A stretch of 64,000 nt of DNA, taken from Octopus bimaculoides. Lineage: Eukaryota. Location of the stretch: contig NC_068993.1 in assembly GCF_001194135.2 (NCBI RefSeq), forward strand, positions 64,341,923 to 64,405,922. Reading direction: 5' to 3'. The notes under the pieces are model-generated. The model was not told the origin of the DNA. It saw nothing but the letters and a program-made list of their open reading frames with translations, and made no database searches. Position 1 is the first letter of the stretch. Every line of letters starts with the position of its first letter. Both the position numbers and the translations under genes were made by a program. Of this stretch, positions 26,418-39,290 are shown piece by piece.

Positions 26418-27239
26418 TATATATGTATATAAACACACACAATGATATTTTTATATTTTCCTTCTCGTTATGTCATGTCTGTTTTGGATTAATTAATCCT
26501 TTGTTTAATTTATGGATTGTTAGATTTAAATATATATTTGCTTCTAAGAGAACGCCAGCCATTTGGCAAAGATGTCTTAATCCTGTGGTTACATAATACT
26601 TAGGCAACATCGATAATTCAGCTAAATAACGGTTAATTCTCACAAATTACTGACTGCGTGAGAGGCTTCTCTCGACAATTTCAATGCTATACGTAGAAAT
26701 TTATTGTCTTCCCAATAATTACCAAGTTGATTTTTGAATTGCTTCGTTGACTTTAACATTACATTCTTACATGAAAACTGATTCTGGTTAGGAGATTCCT
26801 ATATAAGATATATCTACTTCTCAACACTTACAGGATACTTTATATTGGCAAACCAAAATCGTCATGTTCTGTATTTTTCAGCGGATAAACTAATGAAAAT
26901 TATATTATTAGAATAGTTTTCATTCATGCACATAAATTCTAATTAGAAAAACAGGAAATATTGATAAGATTCCGCAATTTATGCATTTCGAAATATCAAT
27001 TTATGTTTGGAGATTGTTTTTGAAATGTTTATAATAATTCTTATGCTGAATCGCTGGTAAGTAAATTATAGCGACAAACAATACCTTATTTATTAAAAAC
27101 TGAAGACTTCAAAACCCAGAACTACGCTAATAGCTTTTGAATGAAAATAGCCCATCTTGACATTTTTTCCCCAGAAAATGAAGGGTAATGATGCACATTA
27201 AGCATACATTGGGTATATATTTAACAGAAAACAATAATA

Positions 27240-27415
27240 ATATTAGCCATGGAATCTGTCAATTCCTTAATAGCAGCGGGTTGGATTGCCTCTACTGCAA
27301 GCTTTGATGGTCGCCCATAAGACATATTTCGACGTAAATTGGTGTCCATCAGCATACACATCTTGTTTAATGATGAACCAAAGATTTTCGACAGGGTTGA
27401 CATCCAAAAATGGTG
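27240..27415 (-). mobile_element. Tc1-like transposase C-terminal remnant
   Basis: Minus frame LDVNPVENLWFIIKQDVYADGHQFTSKYVLWATIKA matches the Tc1 SPDLNPIENLW motif carrying the catalytic E. After a frameshift it continues AIQPAAIKELTDSMAN. Confidence 0.8.
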
Positions 27416-27584
27416 TTATCATAATGAGCAAACCAGGTGGGAAACCAGTAACAAATCAGTAACAAATAGTAGTAATGAACAACCACGAAGTTTTTCATCG
27501 CACACAATACACTGAAGCGCTTACAACGACTTTTATTGTTTCTGGCATAAATATTGACAATTACATGATCTTATGTATATATAT

Positions 27585-27850
27585 NNNNNNNNNNNNNNNN
27601 NNNNNNNNNNNNNNNNNNNNNNNNNNNNNNNNNNNNNNNNNNNNNNNNNNNNNNNNNNNNNNNNNNNNNNNNNNNNNNNNNNNNNNNNNNNNNNNNNNNN
27701 NNNNNNNNNNNNNNNNNNNNNNNNNNNNNNNNNNNNNNNNNNNNNNNNNNNNNNNNNNNNNNNNNNNNNNNNNNNNNNNNNNNNNNNNNNNNNNNNNNNN
27801 NNNNNNNNNNNNNNNNNNNNNNNNNNNNNNNNNNNNNNNNNNNNNNNNNN
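27585..27850. other. Assembly gap (N-run)
   Basis: N-run flanked by (TA)n. Confidence 1.
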
Positions 27851-27881
<31 letters not shown>

Positions 27882-28836
27882 GGTACAGATATATATATAT
27901 ACATTCATACAAACATTAATTTTATTTAGAAATATTGTTTTCTCATTATTTATATAAATGTGTGTGCAGATGTGTGTGTGTGTGATTGTGTATACACACA
28001 CACACACACACACATACACATATACATACATACAAACATACATATACATGTATATGTCTATGCATGTATTAGACAGAGACAGACAGACAGAACGATAAAC
28101 TCGCAAATAAAACGATACAGAGAGAAATAAATACAGAAAATAATGTTTTTAAAGGCAATAAAAAGGAAAGGAAAATAATTTTGAAAATCGAAAAGCAAAT
28201 GATTTTATTATTTGACAGCCATCGAAGAAAAAAAGATAACTTTCTGCGATTGTTATCACATGTCACCATAAATAATTTAAATTAGATTTCTTTGAAATAG
28301 CCTTCGTGAAATTACGTTGCCATAATTTTCTTTATTTTTATGTATAATATTGTTACGTTTATGTTGTTTTTGTTATTTTCTCCGTTGTATGTCTTTGAGG
28401 TGTTTGGTGTTTATTCTTGAGGATTTTGTATTATATAGAAAAACGATTCTGCAGTCTCAGCTGTATGTATTCTAAGATACCCCCACCGTCTTCAAAGTTC
28501 TTAGTCTAGCATAGATGAAATGTGAGATGCAGAAAATAATAATTATTCTATTACACAAAAGATATGCTTTTTCAAACTCTCATTCGTTTTCCATTGCTTT
28601 CTAACCGGAGAAATATGTAAATCTTCTAATTGACATAACATTGAAAAATATTCTTATTTTTACTCCGCTCAAAACCCCCATTTTATCCCCTTTTCTCTCT
28701 CTCTCACTCCCTCTCTCTCTCTCTTTCTCTCACTCTATTTTTCTTTCTCTCTCTCCTCTTTCTATCTCTTCTCTCTCTCTCACCCGTACATGTACTTAAA
28801 CATATTCATATAGAGATAGCTGTGCAGGTAAAAACG

Positions 28837-28872
<36 letters not shown>

Positions 28873-28984
28873 CAAAAATGGGACGAAAATGCAAAACATA
28901 CAGACAGTTAGGTGATATAAAAATGGGACAACATGTATGCATGCATGTATGTATGTATATATGCAGCGGTCTTCCAAAGAGTTC

Positions 28985-29092
28985 TGAAGACATTGGTCGG
29001 TACGGGGTTGTAGTAGAAGACATTTTTCGAAGGTCCTGTGCCAGAAACCGTGAGGTTTCAAAACGAGATTCTTACTCTCACAGCCAGGCCTA
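28985..29092 (-). mobile_element. SINE family A head fragment
   Basis: ttggtcggtacggggttgtagtagaagaca...gaaaccgtgaggtt...cacagcc is the reverse of the 49480-49590 head. Confidence 0.6.
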
Positions 29093-30197
29093 CTTCAAAG
29101 TCAATCACGCGCTTATATGAGTGTAGCTGAGTGTGTATGCATATACTTCTTTATATGTGTGCATATATACATAAGAGCCTACTAATGGGTGAGCAGGTAT
29201 GAATGTTTGGGTAGTATGCAAATATATATATATATATATATATATACACCCACACGCGCTCGCACCCACGTTTGCACGTATACATGTATACGCACTTATG
29301 GATACATATATATATACATACCTATGTTTATATCTCCATGTAAATACATATCTCGAGGGAAAATGCATCATCTATATGGATTAATCTGTGTATACAACTA
29401 CTGATATTCAGTTTTATACATGCATTGTCTATGTTTATATAATTCTGAATAAGCATGTTAGAAACAGAATGCTCAATAAATATCTTATTGCATTCAATCT
29501 AAGCAATTTAAAAACACGCGGTTTAATATTTCTCACAAAAACGCGACTAACATCAACAGTAATTTTGACCTTTTCTGACATATACAGTGAGACAAATCGA
29601 AGTTTTGTAACCTATAAACGTTACCTTCTTAAAAGAAGCCAAAACCGTACTTATCTACCAAAAATCTCGCTTATTAGCAAGAAACACTTGAACCAGCAGC
29701 GTCATTGACTCCTATATAATACACCTCTTTACTTTTAAACTATAACAAAATTCCTACGACGGAAACATACTATTACTGCAAACACACAATATATGTCTGT
29801 GTGTCTGTATGTGTATCAAATGCTCTGTGTGAGGGTAAGTATACATGGATGTTAGTATATGTGTGTGTGCTATTCAGTGTTATGTGCATATCCAGAGCTA
29901 ATAGAACTATTAGTGTAATGCTCATCTGGCGTCGGCATTATTCGGTAATCTTCAAACATTTTGTTGTATTTATCACTAGAATGTTACTTATATTTATTTG
30001 TTTGTGAGATAAATATTTATCGTTAGTGCAATAAATTGAGATAAATGAATTCGCTGAATAAACAAGCATATATATTTACTACCAGAGAACAAGATAGTAA
30101 AGCACCACGAACCAGGAGTAATGTTGCGCACTGCTTTCCTACAATAAACAACTGCTCAAACTAGTTTCTTATAAGATTATTCCCCCCCCCTCTCTCT

Positions 30198-30247
<50 letters not shown>

Positions 30248-31479
30248 ATGTTTCTATATAACTGGACATCATTACCCATATTCTCCTGGGAGGCAAATCA
30301 TACATTCCTTTCTTAGGCAAAAGAATCTCTCTTATCTTCTATATATGTCTTATTGGTTTTCATGCATAACTGTGTTTAGGATTATATCATAGTATGATCC
30401 TGCTATTTTCAAATTGTAAAGAGTGGATTGTGAGAGAAAGGATGGCATTTCTCGGATTTGGAGTGATCCTGTATGAAATTCAGTTTGGTTCGTGTCCAGA
30501 GATAGCCCAGAACCAGTTTACATTTCCGGACATCATGATGCTACCCTTCAATTCGAGTTAATCTAATTATTGCCTTTTGAGTTACTTAAAAATTTCAGAC
30601 CACAATCCTTTAATTTTCTATTTAATATGAAAAATTTATACCACTGATATTGTGAACTAATCAGTAAAATTTATAAACGAATTAAATGAAATATTCTCTG
30701 CCGCACTCTTAATTACATTGATTCATAATGTATTATAAACAGAGAATCTTGAAAAAAGAAATGTAGTCACAATGAAATGAAATAGTGAGGTACAGTAATT
30801 TACCATGGCAGTTCATAAAAGGAAAGTAAAAATTGAAAAGAGCAAATAATGTGAAATTGCATGAGTTTTACTTCCCATTGAAATACATTGGCCTACTGTT
30901 CATTTATTATAGATGACATCAAATAATAACAGCTACACGGCTACTAATTACATCAAATGTTCTGAACAAATTGCTTAAATAATCATTGCAGCTGCGTGTT
31001 ACCATTTCAAACTGTTTGGTTCATAAATTCAAGGTAAATTTTCAATATAGTTTCAAATTAATATTAAACTCAAAATAGTTTGATTATAAATAATTTTTAT
31101 ATTGCGAATATATCCGTTTAGGTTAGAAAAATATTATATCTAGGATTAAAGCACCTTTATTATAATAATAATAATTATTATTATTATTATTATCATTATT
31201 ATTACTATTAGCATCTTCTTTCAATTCTGTCTCCATTTCTTGATGAGTGTCTTCCTGACACCTAGGGCAGAGAAACGCACTGAATACATTGATAGGCCTT
31301 TAAAATAAACACACAAACTGTTCATTTACAAAGTCATGTAAAAGAGAAAAAGGAGAAAAAAGGCAGAGAGAAAAAGGAAAAACTAAAAAACTGAAAAAGT
31401 GAAAGTGGTCTTTCACAACAATATCTAGTTTATTTGCTTTGATGGTCCGGTCTGTACATACTGGGAAGTCCCAAAGAAT

Positions 31480-32000
31480 AGGTACATTTCATTACTATTA
31501 TTAATATTGAATGAGAGAGAAGTGCACGCTATCAAAGTGACGCTAGGGTAAAATATACAAAGCCCATTATACCCATCCTGACTACCCGTCTGATAAGGGT
31601 ACACCAGGTACATGCATTACAACCATATGTGCGAGACATGGTGATCTCATATCAAGATGAACGGCGCGGGCCCAGTTAGAATTTTCTTCAGGTCGAGTAG
31701 CCCATCCCACTCAAAAGTTCCCTGAATGAGGGTTGTTTAAGGATGTTGAACGAAACACCCATGTTTTCAAAGGTGAATTATCCAAACCCCAAAGAATTCC
31801 TTTCAGCACATGTCTACTTCTGCTCGTGATCAGAAATGCACATATCGGGAGCCACTAAGGGACATGCTCAAATGGGTAAGGTGAAACAACTGACAAGGAA
31901 ATCTGTGGTATTAAGCAGAATATTTGTTGTAGGCCTTTTTTTATACCAATACTAAACAATGTATATTGATGACACTTCCAATTTCAGTTAAGTTCGAAAC
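31480..32000. mobile_element. Unclassified, probably high-copy interspersed repeat (~500 bp)
   Basis: Complex block, more GC-rich than its flanks, with no long ORF. It resembles a repeat I recall from octopus sequence (recollection, not a search). Confidence 0.4.
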
Positions 32001-32082
32001 CAAGAAAGCTACTGCCTGTTACTTTAATTATTTCTTGTTTTTCTTCTTCTTCTTCTTCTTACCATTATTGCTGTTGTTGACG

Positions 32083-34067
32083 GCGAGTTAAGATGTGTAT
32101 TCAGCGTTCCGTGAGTTTGGATTTTCTTGTGCTTTTATTTTTTATTTTTTCAAGTTTATTGATTTTTTTATTTGACTGTTTTGTTTTGTAAACCCCTTTC
32201 GGTGTGCAGAAGGGTTTCTTTTGTTGAATTTTCCCCCTTTAAGTAGCGAATTTTGGATTTTTTGTTCATTAGAAATATTTTTTGTTTCTTCGTCTAACGA
32301 AAAAAAAACAAGATGGCTTCCTCTGTCGCGAGTAGTAGTAGTGGCTGTTCTCACAGCCAATACAGCCATGATTTCCCTCCTCTAGACAGCTCAAGTAGCA
32401 GAACGAAATTCACGAAGAACACCTGCACCACGCTTGATACAGAAAAAGAAAGAAAGAAAAGTCAAGTAGACGCCGTCATCGCCACCACCGACATGAAGAA
32501 GTAAAGTAACGACGAGCAAAATAAAAAACAAAAATACCAGCACGAGCGAAAATAACAAAGCAAGCGGACACGGTTTCGCTTCCGCGGCGACACAAACGCG
32601 AGAAAAACTAAACCTCACATTAGAGGATTTTTTAAAAATTCAAAGGAGCTGTTAGTGAAACAAGGCAATAATGTCTCACTAAATACCCCAAAAAGAAATC
32701 ATAAAGGACACAAACCGTAAAACAATTGCATACAAATGTATAAACAAGATGAAAATAAAGGCTTTGGAAAGAGCAATACAAAAACAGCTGGAATTGATAC
32801 TGAAACCGATCTGGAAGAACAAAATTTATGTGACACGGGGAAAATGATTTGACACTGGAAATGCGCTTCGCAACGGAGGAGGAAGCAGGAAAACATTGGA
32901 CAACGCCATTAATATCGGAGGACCTGACACTCGGGCCGACATATCTTGGTCGGTGCGTTAGAAAAATTGAAATTACGGAGGTGTCCCCTGAAATAAATAT
33001 ATTCTGGCTGGTGGCGGCTGTCCTCTATGATATAGAGGACAACGCCAATATACTGAAGGTGCATAAAGTTGAACTAACAAAATTGGACGGGTCAGGGATA
33101 GAATCCTCTTGTTCAAATTGAACAAGGGGCCCTAAATTATATCCCTGGTGCCATAGATTTACCAGACGGCATGAGACTGCATGTGGCTGTGGAGGGCAGA
33201 CGGCCGAAGTGTTACTTTTGTAGGAGTGACCAGCACCTCAAGGTCGACTGCACCAAACACAAAGAGATGAGAGGGAAGCTGCAAGCGACAGCAGCAGCGG
33301 GGGCAGCTCCAGTGCAACGGCAGCAGCAGCAACCACAGCAGCAGCAGAAACTAGCCTCATCACCACCAACAGCCACGCCGCCTCCAGCCTACGCCAAGGC
33401 ACCACCAACACAAACAAAACTGGACGGAGTACCACCACCAGCAACAGCCAGAGAATATCCCCCTTCCCGAACAAAACAACTCGGAGTGTTTGAGTACTGA
33501 GGCCGAGAAGGGAGAGTGGCAAACTGTTCCCCCACAAAAAAAAGAAAGAAAAAGAAAGACAGTAGAAAAAGAGAGAGGGGCACAAACAGGAGGAAATAGC
33601 AGCAACACGCAGACACAGCAAACAACAACAACAACACTACCACCACAAACACCGACACAGCACAAACACCACCAACCTCACAGCTATCGACTCCGACAAC
33701 AAGCAAACACCACAATGGAAGAGTTTTTCTTCCCCACACACAGTGCACCACCACCACGCATACAAAATTTTAAAACTAAAGCACAACACGTACAACACAT
33801 TAAAAATCAACTCCCCAAATGCTGTTGGGTCTTTTGAAAAAATCATTTTCGCAAAGACTGTTCAAAAACCACGTGGATACGCCTACAGCGAAAACCAAGA
33901 GGACACCCCTGCCAAACAGCAATGGTAAGTAGAGCTATTCTCCAGCCTAAATTTATTTTACAATGGTGATGCTCAGAATAGGTTGTATAAATGTCAGTGG
34001 CCTCGGGTCGCTTTGGAAACAAGGTCACTTTTTAAATGACCTGAGGTCCCTTAGAGTAGATGTTGCA
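32083..34067 (+). mobile_element. L1/Tx1-like LINE, 5' part only: 5'UTR, broken ORF1 and the first 35 codons of ORF2
   Basis: ORF1 pieces at 32313, 32849 and 33171, with CCHC knuckle CYFCRSDQHLKVDC (33210-33251) and EKGEWQTV. ORF2 starts at 33963, MVMLRIGCINVSGLGSLWKQGHFLNDLRSLRVDVA, matching the endonuclease N-terminal NVxGL motif. The 5' boundary is approximate. Confidence 0.8.
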
Positions 34068-34150
34068 CCTGATCTGTTTGGATTGAGAAATCTAACAGGA
34101 GTTTGCTAGTCTCCGAATCTGCCACTTTCTGCAGTTTGTGCTCATACCAC

Positions 34151-34566
34151 TATTATTATTATTATTATTATTATTCAGTAGTCTTATTTTTATAACGTGC
34201 TTTCACTTCACTACGGAGCGCAGCTCTGTGTGCCTTGAGTATCTATTGTAGTTTGTTGTGGTGCTTTTATTGTTACTGTATTGAAAATGTTTTACGTAGG
34301 ATGTGTGCGGTGCCCAGTAGTACTATTTTCTGCATGTTATATATATTTGTTAGTCCCGTTTGTTTTTTGTTATGTATTTGTCTGAATATTTTTTTTATTA
34401 TACCTAATGCGCCTACTATAATAGGAATTGTTTCTGCTTTTAAACTCCACTTTCGAGTTACCTCTATTTCCAAGTCTTTATATTTTAAAAGTTTCTTCCA
34501 TTTCTTCTGGAGAACTGTTGTCATCTGTTGATATTGATACATCAATTAGAAAGCATTATTATTATT
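34151..34566 (-). mobile_element. 5'-truncated R4/Dong-like LINE 3' end embedded in (TAA)n
   Basis: CFLIDVSISTDDN..(frameshift)..LKYKDLEIEVTRKWSLKAETIPIIVGALG...QKIVLLGTAHILRK (REL domain). (ATT)n tracts on both sides, at 34151-34175 and 34555-34566. Confidence 0.9.
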
Positions 34567-36091
34567 CTTATTTACTTTCAATCTGCATGTTTGTTATAAT
34601 CACTTACTGAGACACCCAGTGTCCTAGAGCGAGTGAAGAATAAAAGATATTACAGTATGACTGAAATCTTGGGGAGGGCAAGTGGCAGGGACAGTAGCGA
34701 AATATCTTCATGTGATACAACACATTTAAATTGATAGATTTTTTTTTCTAAGGATGTGGGCAGTACTTGTCAGCACAATCTTTTGGATTTCTCTGAGACA
34801 TATTTGCAATTATGTACTCTTTGTGTATGTTTTAAAGATGAGGCGGAGTATATTTTATACAGAGCCAGAAATCCGGATCTGAGATTATCCAATAATTTTT
34901 TGCTTGTTTATTTGTCTATTTGTCTTTTCATCTTGTGCTATATCAATACATGAAGTGGTTTTAGAGTCAAATCTTGACTGCTATCTCTAGCATGGTGGTA
35001 TCTCTTAGATACCCTTAATTATATAATTTTAATAATAATTAATACCTATATGGGTTTGATTCTCATGCTCGCCACTTGATATGATCGGTATTTTAAATAA
35101 CGTTCTTATCCTTATTTACATAAAAAAATTCATATATATATATACACACACACGCACACGCACGCACGCACGCATGCATGCATACATACATACATGCATA
35201 CATACAAATAAGAACCTACAGTATGATAGAAGCCATAGCCACTCATAAATAAGGAATACTGGTGGAATGTCCCACTGAAAACCTCAATGTTACGTAAGCA
35301 TAATATAGTTGACGTAGTAATTTGGGATAGAGAAGAGAAACTGTGTTCAGCAACTTATCTAGAATTACTATGTCTCTCTCTCTACTGATCGAAATATTAT
35401 CTTCCTCCTCCCACTCGTTCCTCACCCCTTACAGTTTTCTTAATCTGACACCACTCCTATATCTTTCTCTTTGACCCTGTTTAAATGTATCTACTTATTT
35501 ATTCTACAGTAGACCAGTAAACGACCTCAGCCCAAATTCACAAAGACATTCCCCTAGCTAGCTTCAAGAATACCATATTTTCCTCTACTCGTTACCCTCT
35601 CTCCCACCCCTTTTCATGATCTTTTTCATTTACCCCAGCCCTTCACTAATATACTTTGCTTTCCACGCCTTTTCAATCGAATCTCCTCCGAGTCAACATG
35701 GGATCCCCTTGACGACAATATTAACTTCTTTTGATTAAAGTATCTTTGGCTCTACGAGTAGCTAGCGGACTGCCTCACGTTTGGATAATTACAACTTCCG
35801 AGGGTCTCCTATGTAACTTGGATTTTTTTATCTAATCCATTCCGTAATTTTGGATTTCTATTTGCATGCACAGCAACACCTGCTGGAAAACAGTTCTTTC
35901 AGCTTATCGAACTTCAATGCGGGAAAAACTTACAACCGTCTTAGTCAATAAACCACTGCTGTTCCTTAAATTTGTTTTTTATATCTTCTATGGACTGCTC
36001 GAAGCTTATAATCTTCCTACACCTTGATACTTGGTTCTAACCTTTGCTTTTATATATGTGTGGGCGTGTGTGTGTGTCTATTTGTGTGTGC

Positions 36092-36138
<47 letters not shown>

Positions 36139-36499
36139 TATGTATGTATGAATGTATATATCATATGCAAGTGGTAATATCATCGTGCACTCAACTCTCC
36201 CAAAATCTATCAATATAGCTTTTTAATATCTCCTTCCAGACGATTCTAGATTGCAAAGAGAACAAAATAATACGTTTGCAAAAATCCGTAGCCAAATATC
36301 GTATTTGTATATACATACATACGTGTGTGTGTGTGTATGTATTTATATGTATGTAGATTTATGTGTGTACATATATACATATATATAAATGTATATACAC
36401 ACATATATATTATGTACACCTGTATATATATTATTGTTTATTGTTATGTCAAGTGATATATAAAACAAATTTCTAACATTAAGCTGAAGGATTACTCAA

Positions 36500-36975
36500 A
36501 ACCTCTTTTCAGATGTATGTTTATTGAACTTATAGAAGAAGAGTGGTGACAATAAATTTGAAGTTTCGATCTGCTATCCTTCATCAGACTCTGCTACACC
36601 ATATTTCCTTTTGTCTTTATTTAGACTTTGACATGGTGTTTTTCCTGGGGTTTGAGGAGCTATGTGAAGTGTTAATTAGAATTACTGTGCATAGGTCTGA
36701 GAATTACTTGTGTAGGAAGAGGCATACCACAGGAGAGGAGGATAGTATGTTTGTAGCGAGTCGTTTGATAGAATACTGTTGCAGGACTTTGTTTCGTTTG
36801 ATATGGGTGTTCTTTCTTGGAATCGGCTACGTTGAGACATGAGAATGGTAACTGCAGACCTTTCCAAACGCTCCTCCTTCAAAGAAGGAAAGATTTAAAC
36901 ACGTTCTCCAAGAAAACTGATACCGTAAAGAGTCCGTTCATTGATAGATTGTCGGTTCTATATATAATTGCATTG
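36500..36975 (-). mobile_element. Possible Penelope-like 3' remnant (degraded GIY-YIG-like region plus hammerhead-like motif)
   Basis: Weak echoes CNYI..T..L and KG..LPF....KE..Y.TK..P, followed by a hammerhead-like core and AATAAA. Confidence 0.35.
36540..36592 (-). ncRNA. Type I hammerhead-ribozyme-like motif
   Basis: agagt CTGATGA ag gat-agcag-atc GAAA c ttcaaatttatt GTC acc actct: all core nucleotides present, weak stems II and III. Confidence 0.5.
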
Positions 36976-38136
36976 AGTAAGGAAGAGAAATAAAGCGATC
37001 AGAGATATTCTTCGTATTTTATTAAACTAAACAACCTTTATTTCATATATTCTTATCCACTATAACACTGCCATTGACCTTCTGCTGAAATATCATCTAG
37101 ATACAAACTTTGGTACAAACTGTGGCAAACGGAATTTCAATGCAACAAAGAAAACATGAGGTTCATTGAGAAGTGAATCCATTATACATGAAAACTGTGT
37201 CAAAGGTTCATTTCGTGAAAAGATTAGCCAGGAATTGAGGACACAGATACCCAGCTTCATGCTATGATTAATCAATGTAAAGTGTTGGTCATATACTTCC
37301 TGAAATAAGTTCAAAAACAGAAAGGAAACCGAACCAAATACTCGGGAAATTAGGAGCGGCAACGTACTCGTGACCTTATTTCCATCTTATTCTCATTAGA
37401 TCTTCAACTATTGTACCGGCATTGTTCATTCTGATTTATGTATTTGCTTATTGTGTACGTTGTCACGTAGAGAGCAGAACAGCTCAATAAGGATGAATTC
37501 CTTGTCACTTTAGCTGATATAGTTGTTTCTTTATAAAATTAACGTTGAACGCTGAATATCTATATTTCTATAATTCAGAACAGTTCTTTCCAAATTAGCA
37601 TGAAAAATTCATGAATTTAACTAGTGAATGGCACCAAGATATAGAGTATTGCTAACAGACATTATTTCAGTATGAGGTTATATTGCATCATTCTTCATCA
37701 CAGTAGAGGGGGGTGTATGTGTCTGTATGCCACGGTGTGTGTGTGGGGGGGGGCGGTTGTACGCGCGTAATATCACACAGTAATTAAAAAGAACGACCAG
37801 CATTCGCATGTTTCCCTTGTGTGGTTGTGGCGGTAGACGGCAATAAGTTATTTTATGCAAATTATATGGACATAAATAGATGTTAACTAAGTGTGACGTA
37901 ATGAAATAATGAACAAGGCACAAGCTTTTTTTTTTGCCTCATTAATGAAAATTTGTAATTCATTCGGTTTTATTTGAGAAATTAATATGCAACCAATCAA
38001 TGAGAGATCATTAACGTGTAATAATTATGAATTAACTCATTCTCTCTATGTTCATTATTTAGTTTTTCCATTGTTCTTGAGCACATATATATATATATAT
38101 AGATATAGATATATTCTTATATGTATGTGTATATAT

Positions 38137-38198
<62 letters not shown>

Positions 38199-38248
38199 AT
38201 ACGTATATATACATACACACACACATATATGTATATATNNNNNNNNNN

Positions 38249-38311
<63 letters not shown>

Positions 38312-39033
38312 CGTTTTTAGAAAAACATGACTCCGGAGAAGAAGCACACTTTAAGAAGTAGAGCAGTCTGTATTAATTACTGGTGAAAGCCGTTTTATGG
38401 GTTCACCCTGGGTTTCCCATCCATAAAGGGCTTAACAAGCGTATCGTCGGCTAGTTTTGATTCTGTCATCGAGGCCTATCGAACAGCCTTTTACTTCTTC
38501 CGTTAAAAAGGCATGCACCACATCACATATTGCAAGTGTGTGTGTTTCACGAGAAATACGCGAGCGCCACACACAACTCTTGGGTGTTGGCTGCGAGAGG
38601 TGTCCCAGCGCCTCATTCACCTTCCGATTTTCCTCTTTCGAAATTTTCTTAACTTCTTTTGATCTGTTAACTGTTCCTTCCTCAACTGCTTATTTTCATA
38701 TCTCTATTTCTTCGCTAAACCTTATCGATTCTACTCAGCTATTTTAGCGATCTGACTCCAGTTGTTGTCGATCGCTTATTTAAGTTGCTAATCGAAATGC
38801 AATAAGTTTCGTTTAATGGGAACGACTCGCTCAGCTTTCAGGAAGCAAATTTCTGTTCCCGTGTAATTTGACTACATATTCAAACCATAACTGGAACTGT
38901 AAAAATCTGTAAAACTTTCCAGAAATTTATCATTTAAATATATACACGAGCAAGTCTAGATAGACAAGTATATGCATGAGAAGACATACATAAAACAAAA
39001 CATACACATCTGCACGTATGCATACATACAGAC

Positions 39034-39290
39034 GGTAATCTTCAAGTTTAGGGGGATAAAAAAATAAATAAAAATATTCAAGGGAAGTAACTGAACGTCT
39101 TACCAGTATTCTCCGTACATCTCTGTTTATAAATAAATCACACACGTGATTTGATTGACGTTAGGGTTAGGGTTAGGGTGTGATTTATTTATTAACAGCT
39201 AGAAGAAAACGGATAATACTGTTAAGTCGTTCAGTTATTTCCCTTGAATATTTTTTTTTTTTTTTTATCCCCCTAAACTTGAAGATTACC
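39034..39290. mobile_element. 257-bp MITE with ~83-bp TIRs and a 9-bp TSD (Merlin- or MULE-like)
   Basis: TIRs at 39034-39116 and 39209-39290, first 24 bp perfect, starting GGTAA. Flanking direct repeat catacagac at 39025-39033 and 39291-39299. Confidence 0.9.
39161..39178 (+). repeat. (TTAGGG)3 inside the MITE
   Basis: Directly visible. Confidence 0.95.

Noticed and set aside
25876-26596. Long X-filled ORFs (also at 16.3, 27.5, 42.1 and 57.1 kb)
   Set aside because: Artefacts of N-runs.
30442-30560. MAFLGFGVILYEIQFGSCP resembles kinase subdomain IX
   Set aside because: Lacks the invariant D-x-W-S, the frame is only ~54 codons, and no other kinase motifs are nearby.
35600-36000. Minus-strand EVNIVVKGIP motif suggesting a LINE ORF1
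   Set aside because: Many stops and only one short motif; too weak to call.
38432-38690. Minus-strand open frame AVEEGTVNRSKEVKK...RRYAC
   Set aside because: No recognisable motif or convincing splice context; length is within chance expectation.
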